Shown piece after piece: positions 26,286 through 35,489 of a stretch of DNA of 64,000 nt. The stretch is taken from positions 14,236 to 78,235 of the forward strand of contig JAZRXG010000042.1 in NCBI GenBank assembly GCA_045600105.1, in the 5' to 3' direction. A program made the position numbers and the translations under genes. The notes under the pieces were generated by a model that was not told where the DNA came from, made no database searches, and saw nothing but the letters and a program-made list of their open reading frames with translations. The DNA comes from Eubacteriales bacterium. GTDB lineage: Bacteria > Bacillota > Clostridia > Oscillospirales > CAG-382. Each line of letters begins with the position of its first letter. Position 1 is the stretch's first letter.

Positions 26286-29200
26286 ATTTTCGCCTCGATC
26301 TCCCTGCCGAGGCAGAACGAATAAAGGAGAGCGCGGCTGACTTTTCCGCCCGTCATCTGTTCGACGGCACGCACATAATAGCCGAGCTGGAACGAATGGC
26401 GCGAAAGCAGTGTTTCTTCGCCCGTGCCGCGTTTCACTCTGTCGGTCTTGTAGTCTACCACGGTGTAGCTTCCGTCGGGATTGCGGAAGAAGCAGTCGAT
26501 GACGCCCTGCACCATGACCTTTTCGCCCTTGACTCCCGAGAAGGCTTCCGAATCCTCGATGACGTTGAACCGCTTTTCGCGGCAGACGTAATCGGACGCC
26601 GCCATATCACGGCAGAGCGGGCTTTCAAAGAACTTTTTGAGCTCGTTCGTATTGATGAGTTCCGCTTCGGACTCGGATATCATTTTTATCTCTTTAAGTC
26701 TCTCGATCTCGGCGTCTATTCCCTTTTTCATTACGTTTCCGAAATCGGCAAACTGCATGAACAGATGGGTCGCGGTGCCCGACGCGGCGCCGTCGGCGTC
26801 GCCCGACGCGAAAACGGGTCTGCGTCTCGCGTCGCTCTCGGAAAGCGTGCGGGCGTATTCGTCGTCTTCGAGTATTCCTTTTCTCAGCTCGGAGACCGAC
26901 GCTTTGGAAGGAACGGTGCTGCCGCTTCTGTCGGCGCGTCCGGCTTCAAGCGCCCTGCGGAAGACGTCGGCGGAGTAGGTCACGGTCTTGACGGGCGGAA
27001 CGAAGCGTCCTGCGGGTTTTTCCGCGCTTTCTTCACCTTCTGCCCTGCTTTCGCCGTCTGCCGCGTTTTCTTCCTCGTCGGCGTTGAAATCGTAAAGCTC
27101 AAAGCAGGGGCTTTCCGTCTCTTCAAGTATGGGATGCAGCCACATCATAACGCTTTCGGCGGTGAAGAAGTTGCCCTTTGTCCCTTCCTTCTTATACGCT
27201 CCGGTAACGATGAGCCGTTCCTGCGCCCTCGTCAGCGCGACGTAAAGGCACCTGAGCTCTTCGCGCGCGGTGGCTTTTTTCTCGTCCTCGTCAGCCATTC
27301 TCTTGACGAGCGGCTTGTATTCGACGATACCGTCATATGCGCGCAGATTGCGGTAAATAAGTCCCTCTTCGCTGATGAGCACTTTGCTTTCCGCGTCGTC
27401 GTAGTTGATTTTTTTACCGACAGCCGAAACGAAGCACACGGGGAACTCGAGTCCCTTGGACATATGTATCGTCATCAGTCTCACGCAGCCGGGTTCGACG
27501 TCCGTCTCGACGCTCTTGTCAAACGTTTTCGCCACGTCGCTGACGTAGGAAAGGAACGCCGAAAGTCCTTTGAACGACGATCTTTCGAAATCGAGAGAAA
27601 CCGTATAGAGCTTTTTGAGGTTGGAAACGCGCTTTTTGCCGTTTTTCCCGACCGCGCAGAGCGGAATGAGGTTCGTCACGGAATACATGTTCCATATCAT
27701 GCGGCTGCTCGGGCATTCGGCGCCCGGAGCGCGAAGGCGAAGCAGTGTATCGGCAAACGACGCGCATTTTTCAAGAGTCTTTTCGTTCGGATGCTCACCC
27801 GAACGTACGCCGTGCGGCATGAAGATGCGCTTTTTTCTTTTGATCTTTCCCTTTATTTCGGCGTAAGGCGTGTCGGAAACGTATCTTGCGCCTCTGTTTT
27901 TATGACGGCGGAAATACTCGCTTCCGCGTTTTACGCAGTCGTAAAGCGCATCGTACGCGAAGCAGCTTTTGAGCGCATAAAGATCGTCGGCGGTAAAACC
28001 GAAGACGGGGCTTCTGAGAGAGGCCGCGAGCGAAATATCGTCGAGCGGGTCGTCGAGTATACGCAGTATCGAAAGTGCAAGCATTATTTCGGGTTCGTTG
28101 ATGAACGAGCTGCCCTTCGACATCGTGAACGGTATCCCGTTTTTCATGAACTCTCTTTTAAGCTGAATGCTTTCCTTGCCTATGGAACGCATAAGCACGG
28201 CGATATCGCCGTAGTCGTAGCCCTCGTTTTCGACAAGCTCTATGATCCTTGAAGCGATGTACTCCGCCTCGGATTCGGTTGCCTGCTGATTGCAGAAAGC
28301 GGCGACCTCGACGGGGAAAGCCGCGCCCCCCGCTTTTCCGCCGCAGATGAGGCGTTCTTTTTCATACGACGTGCCGACGTTCTCTTCGGTATAAAGGGAA
28401 TCGAAGATCAGATTGACAAAATCGAGTATCGGCTTTCTGCTGCGGTAATTTTCCGAAAGGAAGACCTTCGCTTCGACGGAATCCGAGTCGACCTCCCCGA
28501 AATCGCGCAGATACCCGAGGAAAATGTCGGGCGACGCCTTGCGGAAACGGTATATCGACTGTTTCACGTCGCCGACCATAAAGCGGTTGTCGTTCTTTGA
28601 AAGCAGTCTGAAGATCATATCCTGAATGGGGTTGATGTCCTGATACTCGTCTATGTATATTTCCTTGATGCTCTCGCGGAGCCCCGAGCATATCTGCGTT
28701 CTGATGATGCCGCCGGGCGTGTTTTCGCCGAGCAGGGTCAGCGTGTACTGCTCGATATCGGAAAATTCGATGATGCCGCGAGATTTCTTGACGTCGGTGA
28801 ACATTTTATCGACCTTGAAAATAAAGTCGTTCATCAGTCCGTTGATGTCAAGGGAGCTTTCATAGTCGGAAACGGTGCCTTTCTCATCGCCGGCGAAATA
28901 CATTTTCGCTTCCGTTACTTTTTTGATCGCTTTTTCTTTCATTCCGCGGCACTTCTCAATGACGTCCTGATCGAGTCCTTTGTTGTAAGCGTTTTTGAAA
29001 GAAACCGAATAAAGCGCCGATTTGATATCGTCGTACGTTGAGCGTTCGTTCGCGATGACGGCACGTATGCCGTCGATACGGTCGCAAAGAACGTCGATCG
29101 GCTCGATGTTTTTCTCGGTATACGCGGCGACCGTGATGACTCCGTAGATGTCGTTTGCGATCTTTTTCGCGTCATCCATGAGGGAAATCAATTTTTTGCG

Positions 29201-29857
29201 CAGTTTCCCGCCGGCGTCGGTCGTCATAAAGCCGTTTTCTTTTGCTTTTTCGACTTCGCGTCTCATTCTTTCGTCGGCTTTGGTCACGTGGTCCTTCCAG
29301 AACGGGAAGGCGCGGTATTTATCGTACGCGATTTTTACGGTCTTCTTGAATTCTCCAAGCGATTTTTCGCCCGTGAACGCGTCGCAAAGACGTATGAATC
29401 CGGCGTCTTCGCTCTCGAAGCCATCGTCGATGCATTTTTCGATGCATTCGTCGAGCAGTATCCCGCCTTCGGCTTCGTCCGCCACTCTGACCGAGGGCGG
29501 CAGCGACAGCGCTTCGAAGTTGTTCCTCACAATATCGAGGCAGAACGAGGACACCGTGGATATCTTCGCCGAGGATATCCTGCATATATTGCGCGTGAGC
29601 CTTGCGTTCGACGGGTCTTTTGCCGATTCGGCAAGCAGCGCCGCATAGAGTTTTGCTTTCATATTAGCCGCCGCGGCTTTGGTGAAGGTCACCACGAGTA
29701 TGTCCGAAACGTCGGTGCCCGCCTTGACGTGCTCGAGAATGCGCTGCGTCATCACCGTGGTCTTTCCGCTTCCGGCTCCCGCCGAAACTATCAGCGTTTT
29801 GCCTTCCGTCCGTATGGCAGCTTCCTGCGACGGGGAAAATCTGATGTCTTCACTCAT
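26282..29857 (-). CDS. addA: ATP-dependent helicase/nuclease subunit A
   Basis: SAGAGSGKT, VVTFTKAAA, IDEYQD, VGDVKQSIYRFR, MTIHMSKGLEFP, LYVALTRA, nuclease QGVIDC and VDYKTD. Confidence 0.93.
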   Translation of the reverse strand: MSEDIRFSPSQEAAIRTEGKTLIVSAGAGSGKTTVMTQRILEHVKAGTDVSDILVVTFTKAAAANMKAKLYAALLAESAKDPSNARLTRNICRISSAKISTVSSFCLDIVRNNFEALSLPPSVRVADEAEGGILLDECIEKCIDDGFESEDAGFIRLCDAFTGEKSLGEFKKTVKIAYDKYRAFPFWKDHVTKADERMRREVEKAKENGFMTTDAGGKLRKKLISLMDDAKKIANDIYGVITVAAYTEKNIEPIDVLCDRIDGIRAVIANERSTYDDIKSALYSVSFKNAYNKGLDQDVIEKCRGMKEKAIKKVTEAKMYFAGDEKGTVSDYESSLDINGLMNDFIFKVDKMFTDVKKSRGIIEFSDIEQYTLTLLGENTPGGIIRTQICSGLRESIKEIYIDEYQDINPIQDMIFRLLSKNDNRFMVGDVKQSIYRFRKASPDIFLGYLRDFGEVDSDSVEAKVFLSENYRSRKPILDFVNLIFDSLYTEENVGTSYEKERLICGGKAGGAAFPVEVAAFCNQQATESEAEYIASRIIELVENEGYDYGDIAVLMRSIGKESIQLKREFMKNGIPFTMSKGSSFINEPEIMLALSILRILDDPLDDISLAASLRSPVFGFTADDLYALKSCFAYDALYDCVKRGSEYFRRHKNRGARYVSDTPYAEIKGKIKRKKRIFMPHGVRSGEHPNEKTLEKCASFADTLLRLRAPGAECPSSRMIWNMYSVTNLIPLCAVGKNGKKRVSNLKKLYTVSLDFERSSFKGLSAFLSYVSDVAKTFDKSVETDVEPGCVRLMTIHMSKGLEFPVCFVSAVGKKINYDDAESKVLISEEGLIYRNLRAYDGIVEYKPLVKRMADEDEKKATAREELRCLYVALTRAQERLIVTGAYKKEGTKGNFFTAESVMMWLHPILEETESPCFELYDFNADEEENAADGESRAEGEESAEKPAGRFVPPVKTVTYSADVFRRALEAGRADRSGSTVPSKASVSELRKGILEDDEYARTLSESDARRRPVFASGDADGAASGTATHLFMQFADFGNVMKKGIDAEIERLKEIKMISESEAELINTNELKKFFESPLCRDMAASDYVCREKRFNVIEDSEAFSGVKGEKVMVQGVIDCFFRNPDGSYTVVDYKTDRVKRGTGEETLLSRHSFQLGYYVRAVEQMTGGKVSRALLYSFCLGREIEAKI

Positions 29858-32800
29858 TTTCTTCATCCTCCGCAATACCCTTTTTACATCTGACGGAAAT
29901 ATCGTCCGAAAGCCTGCATATCGATTTGAAGCCGCAATACGTACACGCGTTGTACGATTCGTTGTAACAGACGGGTGAGACCTTCATTTCGCCGTCCGCG
30001 ATGAGAGAGGCTATCTTCTTGAGGCAGTTTTCGGTTTTTATTTTCAGCTTTCCGAAGCCTTCGGCGCTTTCGATGGACTTGATTTTCGCGTGAAACTCGT
30101 TTTCAGCCGTTATTTTGACGGGTATGAATCTTTTATCTTTCCCGTGTTCGAGTGCCTCGATGATCTCAAAGTCGTCCGTAACGAGTCCTTTTCTTTTGAA
30201 ATTCTTATTGATCTCCGACTCGAGCGTTTTCGCGTCCGGCGGACAATATTCACATCCGGGTTTGTTTTCGACCTTTTCAAGTTTCGCGGGGAGATAAAGC
30301 ACCGCCGCCGGAGAAGCGTCGCCGTGCGACGCGTTATAAGCGAACATATACAGAAGCATCTGCATATCGAGCCCGTAATCGAGCACCTTGCGTTCAAAGG
30401 TCTTGCTTCCCGTTTTGTAATCGGTGATACGGACGTAGGTCTTTCCGTTCGAAACGTATTCGTCGACGCGGTCGATGACGCCGTTCATCCTGACTTTCAT
30501 ACCGCTTTCCGTAACGTAGACGTATCCGTTGTCGGCAGCCGGCACTTCAAAGCCGACGGGGACGAAATCGGACGACGAAAGCTCGTCGGACACGTTTCGG
30601 AGCAGCAGACGAAGCGTCAGCTTGAGCCGCGATACGGCGTAGGCAAAGCGTTTGCTCATCGCCTCTTTCCCGCAAAGCGAGTATATGTAGTCCTCGCTGA
30701 GCTCGTCCACTCTCTTTGCTATCGTTTCGTCGTCGGGAGACACGAAAACGCCGTCCTTCATGCGTTCGGAAACGAATATCCGCAGCACGTCGTGTATGAA
30801 CGTGCCTATCTCGGCGGGGCCGAATTCGGCTTTTTTGTTTTCGGCGAGTCTGAGAACGTATTTGCCGAAATAAGAGAACGGGCAATAAGCGTATCTTTCC
30901 ATTCTCGACGGCGACAGGGTCATCGAGCTTTTACGCTTGGCGCTGAATTTGGCGTTCGGGTCGCAAAGCGGATATTCGCCCGCGCGTTCTATATCGTCGA
31001 TGCCGTTTTTGCGGAGCAGTTCCCTTGCGAGAGGGTCGGCGAAAGACGCGTTTTCACGAGCGGACGCCGTCGAAAAGACGAACGATCTTTCGTCATCCGC
31101 GAAATTCACGGTCTTCGCGTTCGGGCAAAGGGCTCTCAGGCGGAGCGCGCCGACAGACGGGCTTTCGTTGTTTGAACGCGTATAAATGCAGACGAGTTTT
31201 TCGGACGGGAGAGTGCAGGCGGTGTAGAAAAACAGTTTTTCGTTATCGAGTCGGGTGTCGAAGCTTTCTTCAAAGCAGATGCCGTTCGACTCGAATTCTT
31301 TTATTTCATTTTCGTCGAAAACGCTCGAAAGAGCGGGTATCGCGGGGAACTCGCCGTCGTTCGCGCCGAGAAGTATCACCGCCTTGGGGGACGCGCCTCT
31401 GAACACGGACGCTCCGCCGATGACGACCGAATCGCAGAACGCGGGGACCGTGCCGAGCGAATATTCGCCGAGCATGAGCTCCGTTTTCGTCCGCAGTTCG
31501 CCGACTGTCATGCTTCTGTCGCCGATGACGCCGTAAAGCTGATCGAGCGAGTTTATGACGACGTCCCAAAGCTTCACGAGCTTGCGCGACGACGCCTCGT
31601 CGCCGCTTTTACGCAGTTTCGCCGCCTTGGCTCTGAGCGTTTCGGAAGCGTTCACCGATTCAAGCAGCGAATACACCGCTTTCGCTCCGTCTGACGCCGT
31701 CTTCATTTCTTTGAGTTCAAGGGCAAACGCCGTAAGAACGGACGCTATCTTTTCCCTTGCGTTATTTACGATGGAAAGCACCGACGATTCGTATGTAGTC
31801 ATACCGCGCTTGTAGCCGGACGGGTTCATAAGCCAGCCCGACTCGCCGACCCAGCTTTTTCCGCGTATGTTCCAGGTGTCGGCGTAACGTATGACGAGCT
31901 CCCCTTCCCTTTCGGTTATGGGGAGGTAGCCGCTCAGGATGAGTTTTTTCATCACGGCACGCTGATAACCGTTTTCTATCGCTTCGATCGCCGAAAGGAT
32001 GAACGTGGAAAGCGGCTTTATGAGCAGGCTTTCGCCAGACGAGAAGAAGCAGGGGATGCCGTGCTTTTCGAGCACGGTGTCGATGATGCCGGCGTAGGTA
32101 TCGGGGGAACGGGCTATGATGACCACGTCGCCGTACTTGTATCCGCCGTCGGTAAGACGCACCACCGCGGACGCCGCCGCCTCGGCTTCGGAAAATTTAT
32201 CGGCACATTCGATGAATCCCACTCCGCCGTCGTCTTCGACGGGAGCAGCGCAGTTGTTCCACAATTCCTTTTCGATATGCGCGAGGCTCGCTTTTTTATA
32301 TCTGTGACATTCCGGAAGGAGGATATCTGACGTCTTTGTAAAGCGGCCGAGACGTTCGTACGAAAGACGCGGACAAGTGAAAGTGCCCGTTTTGTCGCTG
32401 CCGTCGAAGCAGAGCGAAACGTACATATCGTCGCACTGAGCCGCTATGCGGTCGAGCACGCGGTGCTGCTGCTCGGTGAACGAGTTGAACGAGTCCACGA
32501 ACACGGTCTTGCCCTTGAAAAACGGCATTTCCTTCAGCGCCCCGGCATAAAGCGTCAGCGAGTCACGGCTGTCGCCGAGCCCGTTTTTGAGAAGCGACGC
32601 GTATTCATCGAGGATGAGCGCCGTTTCCGACGCCTTGGCGACGGTTCGCGGTTCGCCCGTAACCGAGGCGAAAACCGACGCGTCAAGTCCGTTTTCCTTG
32701 AGCAGCCTTGACGTATCGAGCATTTTCAGTATGAAATCGTTGTTTTTCGCAAGGCTCGAAAAAGCCTCGAGCCTGTCGGCGACGTTCTCCGCGGCAGCCG

Positions 32801-33077
32801 CCATAAGCAGCGCTCTGCCGCCGTCGTCGGCGTAAGAAACGGCAAGTCCGCCGTATTCGCGGTAGGTACGGTTGGGCAGACGCTCGAACGTAAGCACCTC
32901 GGTATTGAGGTTCGCCCTGCTTCCGAGAAGCGTGAAAACGTCTTTTTCGTATTCCATCGACTGCTGACCGGGTACTATGACGACGCACGGAATGCCTTCC
33001 GCGGTCTTTTCTTCAAGCAGCGTTCTGATGTATTCCGTTTTTCCGCTGCCCGCTCTGCCGATGACTCTGTACAGCAT
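29850..33077 (-). CDS. addB: ATP-dependent helicase/nuclease subunit B
   Basis: GRAGSGKT, CPFSYF, GTFIHDVL, GVIDRVD, DYKTG, MQMLLY, C-terminal Fe-S cysteines ACTYCGFKSIC. Confidence 0.92.
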   Translation of the reverse strand: MLYRVIGRAGSGKTEYIRTLLEEKTAEGIPCVVIVPGQQSMEYEKDVFTLLGSRANLNTEVLTFERLPNRTYREYGGLAVSYADDGGRALLMAAAAENVADRLEAFSSLAKNNDFILKMLDTSRLLKENGLDASVFASVTGEPRTVAKASETALILDEYASLLKNGLGDSRDSLTLYAGALKEMPFFKGKTVFVDSFNSFTEQQHRVLDRIAAQCDDMYVSLCFDGSDKTGTFTCPRLSYERLGRFTKTSDILLPECHRYKKASLAHIEKELWNNCAAPVEDDGGVGFIECADKFSEAEAAASAVVRLTDGGYKYGDVVIIARSPDTYAGIIDTVLEKHGIPCFFSSGESLLIKPLSTFILSAIEAIENGYQRAVMKKLILSGYLPITEREGELVIRYADTWNIRGKSWVGESGWLMNPSGYKRGMTTYESSVLSIVNNAREKIASVLTAFALELKEMKTASDGAKAVYSLLESVNASETLRAKAAKLRKSGDEASSRKLVKLWDVVINSLDQLYGVIGDRSMTVGELRTKTELMLGEYSLGTVPAFCDSVVIGGASVFRGASPKAVILLGANDGEFPAIPALSSVFDENEIKEFESNGICFEESFDTRLDNEKLFFYTACTLPSEKLVCIYTRSNNESPSVGALRLRALCPNAKTVNFADDERSFVFSTASARENASFADPLARELLRKNGIDDIERAGEYPLCDPNAKFSAKRKSSMTLSPSRMERYAYCPFSYFGKYVLRLAENKKAEFGPAEIGTFIHDVLRIFVSERMKDGVFVSPDDETIAKRVDELSEDYIYSLCGKEAMSKRFAYAVSRLKLTLRLLLRNVSDELSSSDFVPVGFEVPAADNGYVYVTESGMKVRMNGVIDRVDEYVSNGKTYVRITDYKTGSKTFERKVLDYGLDMQMLLYMFAYNASHGDASPAAVLYLPAKLEKVENKPGCEYCPPDAKTLESEINKNFKRKGLVTDDFEIIEALEHGKDKRFIPVKITAENEFHAKIKSIESAEGFGKLKIKTENCLKKIASLIADGEMKVSPVCYNESYNACTYCGFKSICRLSDDISVRCKKGIAEDEENE

Positions 33078-33100
33078 GTTTTTTCCCCCATTTTGTGATT

Positions 33101-33679
33101 TTATCCGAATAATTCAAGTATTTTCAGCCTTATTTTATGCTTTGCCGTTTTTTCCGAATACGCTGCCGCGACTTCCTTCGACGCTTTGACGATGACCGAG
33201 GAAGAACCGAGGCACAGCGGCGGGAACAGCACGCACCACCAGTTGTGACCTTTGGCTGACCCGAGCTTCACCTGAAGCGAAAGATACTTTCCGGCGGGAA
33301 ACGTGATGCCGTCGTATTCACGCGTCGGGTACTCCTCGTACGCGAGCACCGCCCGCGAAAAGTAATCAAAGCCGTTTTCGGCAAGGACTTCGTCTGCTAT
33401 CCTTTCTATCTCTTCGCAGGACGCCGCCGCGATCACCGCCGCCTCCCCGATGTCCGCTCCGCCGAAAAGGTCGGGCGCTTTTTCGAGTATCGCGTCCCGC
33501 ACGAGCAGCTTGACGTTCTGGTCGGCGTCTTCGTCCGAATCGGCGATGACGTGCAGCCTTATGACGTCGGAATAGATCTTTTCCTCTTTCACGGGCAGGA
33601 AGGCTTCCGCCGCGAACGATACCAGCACCGTGAACACAAGACACAGCGCGAATGACAAAGTGAATTTTCTTTTTTCCAT
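33101..33679 (-). CDS. spoIIR: Stage II sporulation protein R
   Basis: IRLHVIADSD..DQNVKL.VRD, YPTREY, PAGKY, GSAKGHNWWCVLFPPLC. Confidence 0.93.
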   Translation of the reverse strand: MEKRKFTLSFALCLVFTVLVSFAAEAFLPVKEEKIYSDVIRLHVIADSDEDADQNVKLLVRDAILEKAPDLFGGADIGEAAVIAAASCEEIERIADEVLAENGFDYFSRAVLAYEEYPTREYDGITFPAGKYLSLQVKLGSAKGHNWWCVLFPPLCLGSSSVIVKASKEVAAAYSEKTAKHKIRLKILELFG

Positions 33680-33698
33680 TTTTTACCACCTCGGCTTA

Positions 33699-33728
33699 TA
33701 TTATCGACGGGGCGGTTTCTTCATATTC
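33699..33728 (-). promoter_or_regulatory. Candidate SigF-type promoter for spoIIR
   Basis: GAATA-15 nt-GTCGATAATA versus SigF consensus GYATA-15-GGnnAnAHTR (one mismatch in each box). spoIIR is SigF-dependent in Bacillus. Confidence 0.4.
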
Positions 33729-33766
33729 ATATACTATCACTTTTTCGTCCGTTTGTAAAGACAAAT

Positions 33767-33795
33767 AAACGGGGCTGCGCGTAACAGTCCCGTTT
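33767..33795. terminator. Intrinsic terminator after ispE
   Basis: AAACGGGGCTG/CAGTCCCGTTT stem flanked by A and T tracts. Confidence 0.6.
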
Positions 33796-33804
33796 TTGGT
33801 ACGT

Positions 33805-34644
33805 TCAGTCGTATTCCGGTATATTTCGCACCGATGCCGCGAAATATTTTTCTTCAAGTGACTTCGCGGCAAAGTCGGCTTTTTCTTTCGTTTCGAAAAC
33901 GCCGAAAACGCCGGTGCCGCTGCCCGTAAGCATCGTTCCGAGAGCGCCGAGCGACAAAAGACGTGTTTTTATCTCTTCACACTCGGGGCAGATGGCGCAG
34001 CAGACAGCGTCGAAATCATTATGTAAACTTGACGCAATTCCGTATACATCTGACTTTTCAAGTGCTTCTACCATTTCTTCGCTGCCGCATCCGCCGATAT
34101 TATGTTTATCGATTTCGGCAAACATGGCTTTGGTGGACGCCCCCGTATGAGCGGCGCTGACGCAGTAATAAAAAGTGCCTTCGGTTTTTACGGGCGAGAG
34201 TATCTCGCCTATCCCGGTGCAGCGGTCGCATCCGCCGCAAACGAGGAACGGAACGTCCGCGCCGAGAGACAGCGCGAGAGAGCGCAGTTCATCGGCGTCA
34301 AGAGGCGAGCCGTAAAGTCTGTTCAGCCCTCTGAGAGCCGCCGCGGCGTCGGCGCTGCCGCCTCCGAAGCCTCCGCAGACGGGTATGTGCTTGCTTATGA
34401 CGATATCCGCGCCGCCGTGGATCCCCGTTTTTTCAAAAAACAGACCTGCCGCCTTGTGACAGATGTTGTCTTCGCCCGAAAGCTCGCCGCACTCCACGTT
34501 TATGCCGTCGGCTTTTTCAAGCGTCAGCGTATCGCAAAGCGATATCGTCTGCATCACGGTGTCGAGCGTGTGGTAGCCGTCGGAACGTCTGCCCGTGATA
34601 TTCAGCGTGAGATTTATCTTGGCGTAAGCGTGTTCGGTCAGCAT
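33805..34644 (-). CDS. ispE: 4-diphosphocytidyl-2C-methyl-D-erythritol kinase
   Basis: AYAKINLTL, KHIPVCGGFGGGSADAAA, LGADVPF, LTGSG GHMP-kinase motifs. Confidence 0.92.
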   Translation of the reverse strand: MLTEHAYAKINLTLNITGRRSDGYHTLDTVMQTISLCDTLTLEKADGINVECGELSGEDNICHKAAGLFFEKTGIHGGADIVISKHIPVCGGFGGGSADAAAALRGLNRLYGSPLDADELRSLALSLGADVPFLVCGGCDRCTGIGEILSPVKTEGTFYYCVSAAHTGASTKAMFAEIDKHNIGGCGSEEMVEALEKSDVYGIASSLHNDFDAVCCAICPECEEIKTRLLSLGALGTMLTGSGTGVFGVFETKEKADFAAKSLEEKYFAASVRNIPEYD

Positions 34645-35471
34645 AATTCGCGGTATACGGGCTTTCTTTCGCGGAACGTGCAGACGTGGTCGAAGCCGAG
34701 CGACGCAAGAAGCGCGTAGGTGTCCGCAAGGTCTGCGGCGATGTCGCAGGCGTAGTGGGCGTCGGAGCCGACGGTGATGTTTTCGCCGCCGAGCTCACGG
34801 TAGAATTTCACAAGGTCGGTCTGCGGGAAGGTCGTGCCGTCGTGCTGACGGAGTCCCGACGTGTTGACTTCGAGGCAGATGCCTTTTTCGATGATGCGCT
34901 TGAGTATCGGCTCGAACATTTCCCTGCCGTTTTCGAACACCTTGATGATGCCTTCCCTGCCGTGTCTGTGGAAATAGCGGTAAGGATAGGTGATGTGCGC
35001 GAGGGTGTCGAAATCGCCGAACTCGATGAGCTCCTTCATTTCGGAAAGATAGAGGTCCCACGCGTGGGCAAGCACGGCGTCGCTCATGTTTTCGTATTCC
35101 ATATCGGAATAATCGGGGAAGCCGCGCACGCAGTGCACCGAACCGATGATGAAATCGTATTTGTATTTTGAAAGTATGTTCGCTGTCTTTTCGAGGTCAT
35201 GGCAGGGCTGAGCGAGCTCGACACCATAGACGACTTCGATTTTGCCCGCGTACTTTTCACGCGCGGCGGTGATGTCGCGCTTTATTCCCTCGTGGTCGAG
35301 AGGCGGAAAGATATTGCCCATCATCTGGTCGATCTCAAGGTGGTCGGTCACGGCAAGAGAGCCAAGCCCGAGCTCGTACGCTTTCGCGTATATTCCGTCG
35401 ATGGACGAGCCTCTGGTTTTGTCAACGTCGCCCGAATAGATCGAGTGGCAGTGTGTTTCGTGGATGATCAT
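34638..35471 (-). CDS. PHP-domain histidinol-phosphatase (HisJ family)
   Basis: HETHCHS, TDH, GVE, GSVH, LAHITYP, EVNTSG, GSDAH. Confidence 0.82.
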   Translation of the reverse strand: MIIHETHCHSIYSGDVDKTRGSSIDGIYAKAYELGLGSLAVTDHLEIDQMMGNIFPPLDHEGIKRDITAAREKYAGKIEVVYGVELAQPCHDLEKTANILSKYKYDFIIGSVHCVRGFPDYSDMEYENMSDAVLAHAWDLYLSEMKELIEFGDFDTLAHITYPYRYFHRHGREGIIKVFENGREMFEPILKRIIEKGICLEVNTSGLRQHDGTTFPQTDLVKFYRELGGENITVGSDAHYACDIAADLADTYALLASLGFDHVCTFRERKPVYRELC

Positions 35472-35489
35472 CGGGATATATGCCTTCTT

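Noticed and set aside
34010-34130. AT-rich patch inside ispE (one 60-mer about 37% GC); a similar patch in dxr near 42060-42120
   Set aside because: The reading frame is intact and no convincing internal promoter or repeat boundary was found. It cannot be distinguished from local variation.
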